Part shown: piece by piece, positions 42,477 to 63,915 of the stretch
Layout of the letters: each line of letters opens with the position of its first letter
Position numbering within the stretch: the stretch's first letter is position 1
NCBI GenBank assembly: GCA_033442325.1
Contig: JAWQFM010000011.1
Span: 684,873-748,787, forward strand
DNA length: 63,915 nucleotides
Direction: 5' to 3'
Source of the DNA: Salpingoeca rosetta
Lineage: Eukaryota; Protista; Choanoflagellata
Program-made: the position numbers and the translations under genes
The notes under the pieces: model-generated
Seen by the model: the letters and a program-made list of their open reading frames with translations, nothing else
Databases searched by the model: none
Told to the model about the DNA's origin: nothing

Positions 42477-44144
42477 TTAGCTGAAGTCGCGGTTTGGCAG
42501 ACAGAGGGGCGCAATCAGCGTCCAGATGTACAGGAGCTGGCAACACGTGCAGTGCAATGCAGTGGTGGTGGCGGCGATGGCATGAGGAGATGGTGACAAT
42601 GGCATGAGGAGAACGAACAAGACACATGCAGCGCGGAACGTGATTGGAGAACACAAAGACAACAGCGCATAGATTGGTCCAAGCAAACCGAGGCACGCAC
42701 GCCATTGAGGTAGAACGAGACAACAAGACAGTGCCAAGAGACAGAGAGGCAGAGGCACGACAGAGAGACAGAGACACAGGTCATGCCATGCACTCACCGC
42801 AACGACCCAGGATGAGGCAATCTGGATCCAGACTGATGCAAGGCCGTTGCCAACCTTCTCGTTGGCGGTGTGCCCGTCCCTACGATGCACGTGCAAATGG
42901 CAAAGGGGAGGGGGCGTAAGGGAGGGGGGGGGGAGGAGGCAGCGAAAAAGCAGGGCCGGCATAGATGGAAGGGGATACAGTATAAAGCAGAAAAAGAGTG
43001 GAACCTCAATTGCACCGGACAATTAAGCAATTGAAGGCGCAGCTGAAACACAAGACGAAACAGCAGCCGCAGAGACGCACACCCTTATCCCAACGCACGC
43101 CACAACGCACACACACACACACACACCTGATGTTTGCCCAGTCTGTGATGACCATCATGAGATAGAAGGCGGCCATCATGAAGGTGAGGTGGAAGAACGA
43201 CCAGCTGTACTTGACACCGTCAGCCTCGTCATCGCCGCCAGCACAGCCGCCACCGCTGCTGTCGTCATCATCGCCGCCACCGCTCTCCACGTCGGAGAGG
43301 ATCAGGCTCTCGCGCTCGCTCGCGTCCTGCTGCATGCCCAGCTTGCCCAGCTGCGACGCAGAGGACGTGCGCATGCTGCTGTACGCGACAGCAAGAAAGG
43401 TGAGGATGGCGCCAACGACCGTTGCCGTCGTATCGGGCTTCACACCCATACCGCACGGCTCTGGTTGGTGGTGGTGGCGATGGACGTTGTGGTGGTTGTA
43501 GTGGTGGTTGTAGTGGTGAGGAGATTGGAGGTATGGAGGACGAGTGCCAGGCCAAACACACACAAACACACACACCAGCAACGCACCATCGACGTTTGAG
43601 ACGGCAGACCAGACGAGGTACGTGGTGTAGAAGGACATGATGCCGGCCTGCAGCAGGCCAGACGTCGGTTGTGCTGTCGTTGTGTGTGCGTGCGTGCGTG
43701 CGTACGTGCGTGTGTGTGTGTGTGTGTGTGATAGAGAGAGAGAGATGAAGAGGTGAGATGGTCAGAAAGTGGAGGATAACATGGTGGTGGTGGTGGTCGT
43801 CGTCGTCATCGTCGTCGTTGTGGTGGTGGTCGTTGGACGAAACAGAGGGCTGCTACACGGCAAACGTCAGGGACCACGAAGCAAGCATGCCCCACCTTCT
43901 TGGACGCGGGGGTGTAGGGCGAAGAACGTCATGATGAGGGAAAGGCCAATGTTGACACCAAGCGCTGTCTTGCTGAGCGTGCACGGGTTGTTGTCAGCCT
44001 GTGCACGCACAACAAGCGAGCATTTCAACAACGGTGTGGAAGTGGAAGTTAGACATGTGAGAGGAACGGCACACATGGAAGATGATGTCTGGTGCACTCA
44101 GTCAGATAAATCGCACGTGCACACAAGAGACGACGACGACGACC

Positions 44145-44193
<49 letters not shown>

Positions 44194-44195
44194 GC

Positions 44196-44238
<43 letters not shown>

Positions 44239-44408
44239 GCAACACCGTGGTGACCGGACCTGGGTGTAGAAGACGAAGCAGCAGACGGTGATGGCGATGG
44301 CGATGGCGTATGCGCCAAACGAGCACGTGATGAGGCCTAGATAACAAGACCCGGGGAGAATGGGTGACGTGGTGATCACGACAATGGCGTGAGGAGGGAG
44401 CACGCGTT

Positions 44409-44477
<69 letters not shown>

Positions 44478-44785
44478 GCGTTCAGTCCAAGGTGACTAAA
44501 GGTTACTGGCAGCCTATATCCTCCTTCGGCAGCCTCGCGTAGTAGGACGTTTTGTAATGTTGGAGGGGATATTATATACGTCTTCACCTTATTACTCGGC
44601 TTTGAGTAATGATTCTACATATCTGGCTGGCATATTCTCATTGTGTGACACAATCGTGCCGCCTGTCCTGCTATACCCGATGGCTGACTAAGGCGAAGTT
44701 CCGTCGGCCACCGTAGGAAACGACATAACCACATATACTTCCATAACCGCATCAATCGATCAAAGGTATGGCAAGGCTCTTTGCG

Positions 44786-44851
<66 letters not shown>

Positions 44852-45115
44852 CACCGCCGCCACACACATCAGTGTCAACGCACCCCACTTGTAGCACGAG
44901 CTTCCGTCCTCCATGCGGCCGAGCCAGGCCTCGTTCCAGGAGTAGGCAAAGTCCACAAGCAGCACCATCTGCACAATGATGAACAGGAACCCGCACACAA
45001 GCGCAACCCAGCCAAGGTCTGACAGTCGGGAGAAGGGATGACGGTGGATGTGTGCACACGGATACATTTGTGCATTGGAAGTAGCGTGAGCGCCATGCGT
45101 TGCAAACACAACGAA

Positions 45116-45170
<55 letters not shown>

Positions 45171-45175
45171 GCACG

Positions 45176-45206
<31 letters not shown>

Positions 45207-45510
45207 AGCAAACAAACGCACGCACGAAAACAGAGCAAACACACGCACGCACGAAAACAGAGCAAACAAACAAAGCAACCAAACAAAGCAAGAAAGCATA
45301 AACAAAGCACGCGGCGCACCCATGAAGACGCCGTTGGGGATAAAGAAGGCGCCAGTGGCGAGTGCAATCAGCAGCAGGAGCTTCACAGGCCAGAAGCTGT
45401 TGATGCATGGGAATGGGGACAAAGAGAAGATACGCGCGTTTAAGCGACCACGCAAACCGCAATCAAAGCAATGAGGTGGAGGAGAAGGAGACAAAAGGCC
45501 GAACAGCACC

Positions 45511-45605
<95 letters not shown>

Positions 45606-46498
45606 ACACATACATACGAAAAGAGAAAACACGCACCCCTTGTGGATTGCGGCGCGTGGATCGCGGCTCGACTTGACGCCAATGAGGATGAGGGCCATGA
45701 GGGCATGGAAGACGGCGGTGGCCGTGAGGACACGATACACGCCAAGCTCACCCCAGCGGCGATCTGCATTATCATTCATGGAGTCGACAAAACACGTGGC
45801 GTGAGCCTTCAACAGCACCTGTGGCGGCGGTCAGCAACAAGGAGCAACAGGCAACCAGCAACAAACGACAACAAGAACCACAATGCAACGGCGCTCACGA
45901 CTTATGATCATCAGCTCTGTGCTTTCCAAAGTACAACCACAGAATCAAAAACTCACCGCAGTTTTCGTTGCCCTTGCAGATGTGACCAACATACTTGTCC
46001 ATCTATTGGCAGAGGATGGCGAGTAAGGTGAGCACTCTGTTGAGCCACAACATTAAGTGCACGCACCGCCGCACACCTGTCACACGCACACACACACACG
46101 CACACACACGCACACACACACGCACACACACACACACACCTTCTGGAGGTCGGAGGAGACTTTTGGGTTGAGGAAGATCCAACCACAAACAGCGGAGAGC
46201 AACAAGAGGAGAGCGTAGCCGACACGCGTCATGGTTGCAGACCCGCATCGTCCACACGACGACGAGCACAGGCAGCACGCCGCCTATGCCAGCCCAACAC
46301 GTCATACACAAAACAAAGACAAGAAGAACAATGTCAGCCAACCCAACATGTTGTTGTTTGTGTCGTTGACATGATGTCGCGTGATGCACGATGCGTGAGC
46401 GTGAGCTGGGTGAAATGTACAGACACGCCCACCACCCCACCATAGAACCCCTCTACACCACAACGCACCGATGAGAGGCAGCTCGTGATGGAGCACAT
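42477..46498 (-). CDS. SERINC: SERINC/TMS membrane protein, multi-exon
   Basis: Cys-rich N-terminus; TRVGYALLL; GVYRV..IGVKSSRDPRAAIHKGFWPVK; IVQMVLLVDFAYSWNEAW; PRVQEAQPTSGLLQAG..YTTYLVWSA; DDEADGVKYSWSFFH; WIQIASSW..LYIWTLIAPLCLPNRDFS*. Confidence 0.95.
44477..44790. mobile_element. Putative transposon remnant (LTR-like, TGTA...TACA 44553-44790, plus ~76 bp flank) inside a (CA)n tract in a SERINC intron
   Basis: 314 bp of high-complexity, TA-rich sequence unlike the surrounding introns, with (CA)n on both sides. A 238-bp segment has TGTA/TACA termini and TATATAA on the minus strand. No TSD or ORF recognised. Confidence 0.45.
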
Positions 46499-47425
46499 CG
46501 CTGTCTGGGGTGCGCCGTTTGCTTCAAGCTTGCTTCTTCTGGGGTGTCAGGGAAGGTCGTTCGTATGCGCTGCTTGTCGTTGCTTTGCGTGGTGGTGGAG
46601 AGTGCAAATCAAAATCAGATCAGCAGGCAACCAGCCAGCAGAAATGCACCGACGGTGACTCATCAGCTGTGAGCATTCAATAAAGATATAACTAATAATC
46701 GCCATCACAACAAAGAGACAAAAGAAAAACAAAAAAAAAAACAGCAACACCACAAAAAGCAAAGAGGAGCGGAAGCAAAACAGGCAACCAGCCAGGCAGC
46801 GGAACGAACGTTGGTGGGTGTTGTGGAACCTTGTCTCGGCTTGCCTTCGTGTTGCCTTGCCCCATCGTCGTGTCTTGTCTTGTGGTGACTTGCTTGCTCG
46901 TGGTGTGGTGTGGTGTGGTTGTTGGGTTTGATTGGGTTGGCTGTTTTTTGCCCTTCACCACTTCAACTCTTTCCATGTCAATTTGCCCTGTCTGCTTTGT
47001 TCCTTTCCAACAACATCTGGTCCTGGTGGTGTTCAGCGACCTGTTGTGCATGCCTGCCTTGAATACTTTGACCACCACGTTTTGAGAACAACTACGACTC
47101 ACACCCCCCGTGCACCACTGCTGTTCGTACACGCTCCTGCAGACCGGTGTCACTTGTTTCCACTGCTTGCTTGCTCGCTCGCGACGTCACTTCACGTCAG
47201 CACAGCCCGTGCTTCACAACGCTCCAATAGCGCTGCTACAGATTCGCAGGTTCGCAGGTTCGCTTCCCCGCCGTCGCCACGCCATCATACGTGACCACGT
47301 TGCGCATCGCGTTGGAGCTGCGTCACCTCTCTCCTCCCCCCTCTCTCCGTCTCTGTTTCTTTCCCGGCCACGGCAACATAGTTTGACGTGCACGCGATTG
47401 AGCACCAAGCACAGTAACGGCGAGC

Positions 47426-49979
<2,554 letters not shown>

Positions 49980-50473
49980 CCGCCACCGTCGCCACCACTT
50001 GCTGTGTTGTTGTTGTAGCTGTTGTCGCGCCTTGTATCGCTGCTCCTCCTTGTGGAACCGTTGTTGTGTGCATAGCTGGTGTTTGCGCGTGTACGTGCAT
50101 GTGTACATGTGTGTTGTCAAGTGTGTGTGTGTCTGTGTGTGTCTGTGTGTGTCTGTGTGTGTTGTCGTCTGTGTGTGTTGTCGTGTGTGTGTGTGTTTTG
50201 TCAAGTGTTGTCTGTTGCCCCCTCCCCCTCCCCCCGCCTGCCTCTTCCCCCCACAGTGTCTCCCTTTGTCGCTCGTGCACACATTGTGATACAAGACTGC
50301 GATAAGTTCACGTGACGTCATTGACCTACTTGCCGACGCTGTCTAGTCCTCCGCAAGAAGTGACATGACAGTGACAGGTGTGACATGGTGATGTGGCATT
50401 TCATTCATCGTCACCAAGCAAGCAAGCCAACAAGCAAGCAAGAAGCGAACAAGCAACAAGCAATCAACCATCA

Positions 50474-50583
<110 letters not shown>

Positions 50584-50749
50584 ACAGACAAACATGTCTT
50601 CTGAGGCGAGCGCGCGCAGTCTTGCCGCGCTGGTGGTCGGTTCTTGTTAGTGCGGCACGCGTGCCATCGACGTCAGTGTATGTCCGCAGGGCCGTATGTG
50701 TTCTGAGAAAAAAAGAGGCTCTGTTGGTTTGTCTTGGGGTGAGGAGAAT

Positions 50750-51192
50750 NNNNNNNNNNNNNNNNNNNNNNNNNNNNNNNNNNNNNNNNNNNNNNNNNNN
50801 NNNNNNNNNNNNNNNNNNNNNNNNNNNNNNNNNNNNNNNNNNNNNNNNNNNNNNNNNNNNNNNNNNNNNNNNNNNNNNNNNNNNNNNNNNNNNNNNNNNN
50901 NNNNNNNNNNNNNNNNNNNNNNNNNNNNNNNNNNNNNNNNNNNNNNNNNNNNNNNNNNNNNNNNNNNNNNNNNNNNNNNNNNNNNNNNNNNNNNNNNNNN
51001 NNNNNNNNNNNNNNNNNNNNNNNNNNNNNNNNNNNNNNNNNNNNNNNNNNNNNNNNNNNNNNNNNNNNNNNNNNNNNNNNNNNNNNNNNNNNNNNNNNNN
51101 NNNNNNNNNNNNNNNNNNNNNNNNNNNNNNNNNNNNNNNNNNNNNNNNNNNNNNNNNNNNNNNNNNNNNNNNNNNNNNNNNNNNNNNNNNNN
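50750..51192. other. Assembly gap (other gaps at 8424-8523 and 34500-34599)
   Basis: Runs of N adjacent to (GT)n/(CA)n tracts. Confidence 1.
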
Positions 51193-51233
<41 letters not shown>

Positions 51234-51355
51234 TCACACACACACACACACACTCACAGACACTCACAGACACAGACACACTCACCTCCCTGTCCCCCCT
51301 CCCTCCCTCCCTCTCTCTGCCTCCTCCCTCCCTCTCTCTGCCTCTACTCTCGTAG

Positions 51356-52158
51356 TCTGCCAGCAAGGACGACAAGTCGCCCGTGACCGTGGCAGACTTT
51401 GCTGCTCAGGTATCGCAGACTGTATGTGTTTGCTGCCCTGCGCCAGACGCACTCCGATCCTTCCATCCAAACAACTTGGCGACGTGCTGTTCATCTGTGC
51501 CCGCTTGACGTGAAAGCTTACCTACCAACGGCGTCATCGCGCGTTGCTCTCCTTCTAGGCCATCGTGAACAGCGAGCTGACGGCTGCCTTCCCTGATCTG
51601 CCCATCGTGGGAGAGGAGGTAAGGTTGGCCGCGTTTGTTGGGCAGGGTACCGGGACTGTGGGCAAGGCAGTCGGGTTGTGACCATGGCATATTGCATCCA
51701 ACGCCATACCCAGAACACGGCGGCATTCACTCAACCGCCGTGTGTACATGAACCGCTTTGACATGATGTGACATGATGTGACATGATGTGACGGCAGGAC
51801 GCAGGCGCACTGCGTGGCGACGACGAGACGTCGGCATCCCTCCGCGCCAAAGTGGTCGATGCAGTGCATCACGTCAACAGCGCCGCTTCCCAAGATGCCA
51901 TCCTCGCGGCCATCGATCGAGGTACTGTAGTGCCTGTGTGTCTCTGTGTGTGTGTGTCTGTGTCTGCCTGAACTTGCGTTTGTACCCGTGTCTTTGTCTC
52001 TCTCTTCCCCTCTCTCCGTGCGTGTGTGCTGACAATGCATCCTGTTCACGCCCATGTTTGTTCGTGTGCATTTGCGTGGCGTCAGGCAACCACACGGGCG
52101 GACCCAGCGGCCGCTTCTGGGTACTCGCAATGAACACAGCAGCTGCAGTACAGAGTGC

Positions 52159-52239
<81 letters not shown>

Positions 52240-52799
52240 CACGCGTAGCACACGAGAACAAGGGGCTCATGCAACTGGCATTGCTTGTCACTGCCTCACC
52301 CCATGCAAACCATTCCTCCTTCCCACCGCCATCACCAATGGCACCACTTCCCCCACAAAACATATACACATCAGGCCAAGTACGCTGCGCTGTCGCGTGG
52401 TGATGCCGACATCTACCTTCGCCTCCCTCGGCCGAGCAAGCGGTACGAGGAGAAGATCTGGGACCACGCTGCCGGCGTCGTTGTTGTGGAGGAGGCAGGT
52501 GGTCGTGTCACGGATGTGTTTGGCAAGGATCTCGACTTCTCCCGTGGACGCACGCTCAAGGACAACACAGGTTAGAGCGACGTTCTGCATGTATGTGTAT
52601 GCATGTGTATGTGCGTGTATGTGCGTGTGCATACGTTCGAGTGCCGCATGATGTGTCTCTCGCCTGCCAACCTCATTACCACGTTGCTCCTCTTTCCCCT
52701 CCTGTGCTTGCTGCAGGTGTGGTTGCGTCCAATGGCGCCCTGCACGACGCAACCATCGCCCAACTTGCACAGCACATGCAGCAGCCGGCAGCCGAGTAG
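51356..52799 (+). CDS. 3'(2'),5'-bisphosphate nucleotidase, HAL2/SAL1 type; partial (5' end in or before gap, possible ATG 50594; central exons absent)
   Basis: SKDDKSPVTVADFAAQAIV, PIVGEEDAGALR, AIDRGNHTGGPSGRFW, AKYAALSRGDADIYLRLP..YEEKIWDHAAG..EEAGGRVTD..LDFSRGRTL, GVVASNG. Confidence 0.9.
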
Positions 52800-53217
52800 A
52801 CCCAGGCACATGCCCGCCAGACACACAGTTGACCTGCTCCGTTGATGGGTTGATTTGTTTGTGTGTGTTGCGACTTGGTTCGTGTTGTTCCACAATTTCG
52901 TTTGTGGATGTTTGCTCGTGTTGCGCTTTACTTGTACACCATCCAATACAACAGTCGGAGGGAAATCAACACAACAGCAGGCGAGACCCGACGCCAGCGT
53001 GCTGTGACGTGAGCGCTGGCATCGCTGATCAGCAAGGGGGTTATTGGGGTCCATACACATCACATGAAATCATCACCATACAACACAACACACGCCCTCA
53101 CCTGGCAACAGCAACAACAACGAAGGGGGGGGGGGCAAGTCAGCAGTGACAGCGACACCAGAAGCAGCGCGTGAAGTGCAGAGCAGAATCAAAGGGGGAA
53201 CGAATGGTCGGTCCTCT

Positions 53218-56385
<3,168 letters not shown>

Positions 56386-56546
56386 CGTGCGAGGTGGTGG
56401 TGTGTTGCTGGCTGGTTGCTGGCACTGTGCAAAAGTGTGGGTGGTGGGGGTGTTGGCCTTTCGTGAACTGCACCTGCAATTTTCCATCAACAATCTGCAT
56501 CGAATCAAAAGCCGATGAAAAGATAGTTGCTTTGCTGGCTGGTGCG

Positions 56547-56680
<134 letters not shown>

Positions 56681-57099
56681 GTGTGTGTGTGTGTGTGTGT
56701 CTGTGTGTGCGTGTGTGTCTGTGTGTGTCTGTGTGTGTGTGTCTGTGTGTCTGTGTGTGTGTGTCTGTGTGTCTCATTCTCGATCCCTGTCTCCATCTCT
56801 CGAACCCCCGCCCCTCCTTTCTGTTCCCGTTCAAGAGACAACGAGAACTCGCCAGGTGTAAGGGGTCAGCAAACGATTAACAACGCTACAGATGAACAAA
56901 GCAAGCCAGGAAAACAAGGCAGAAAAAGCAAGAAAGAAAGAAAAGAACGTAATGCAATCAACAGGAAACGAAGCAGCAGGTGTCAGCAACAACCAACCAT
57001 ACATGGATGGCAATGGCAAGCAGGCAAGACGGCACAAACCACAAAGTGCCGTGGCATTGCCGCGGTGTCGGGTCTGTGTTCCGTTGCCTCAACCGCCAA

Positions 57100-63714
<6,615 letters not shown>

Positions 63715-63915
63715 TCTTCCTTACTTTTTTGTTCTTCTTCCCCTCCCCCCTCCCTATTCTCTCTTCTACGTAAGCAATTAATTATTATTTTTTAGTTTTT
63801 TAGTTGTTGTCTTTTGTGGCGATGCGCTGTTCCAGGTATGGAGGTGGCTGCGCTATTTTGTGATTTCCTATCGCGTTTTGTAGAGCGACGGCAGCTATTT
63901 GTGCCTCATTATGGA

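Overview
Eukaryotic, intron-dense, GC-rich genomic DNA with introns full of (CA)n/(GT)n and other microsatellites. The style and gene content suggest a choanoflagellate, probably Salpingoeca rosetta (inference, not proven). Most ORF-track entries are repeat artefacts; the real genes were rebuilt by joining GT-AG exons by eye, and family assignments come from recalled motifs, not database searches. Gene order: TrpRS carrying a GlnRS-type N-terminal domain (+, 5'-partial), plant-type PLAC8 protein (-), WDR31 (+), TEX11/ZIP4 (-), DMC1 (+), GOSR1 (-), bacterial-type acetylpolyamine amidohydrolase (+), ARV1 (+), TSSK-like kinase (-), METAP1 (+), U1 snRNA (+), RPL13 (-), PPP1R42 (+), SERINC (-, with a foreign-looking insert in an intronic CA repeat), an orphan polyQ/zinc-ribbon protein (+), HAL2-type nucleotidase (+, incomplete), PDHA1 (-), and a DUF4062 + degenerate NACHT + PHF5-like zinc-knot protein (-). 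Best leads: (1) a head-to-head ZIP4/TEX11-DMC1 meiotic pair whose shared intergenic region holds two inverted E2F-type sites, with a TSSK-like kinase nearby; (2) a STAND/NLR-like protein with a dead P-loop and a PHF5/Rds3-like C-terminus; (3) a TrpRS fused to a GlnRS tRNA-binding domain; (4) polarised GT...CA intron repeats with weak polypyrimidine tracts.
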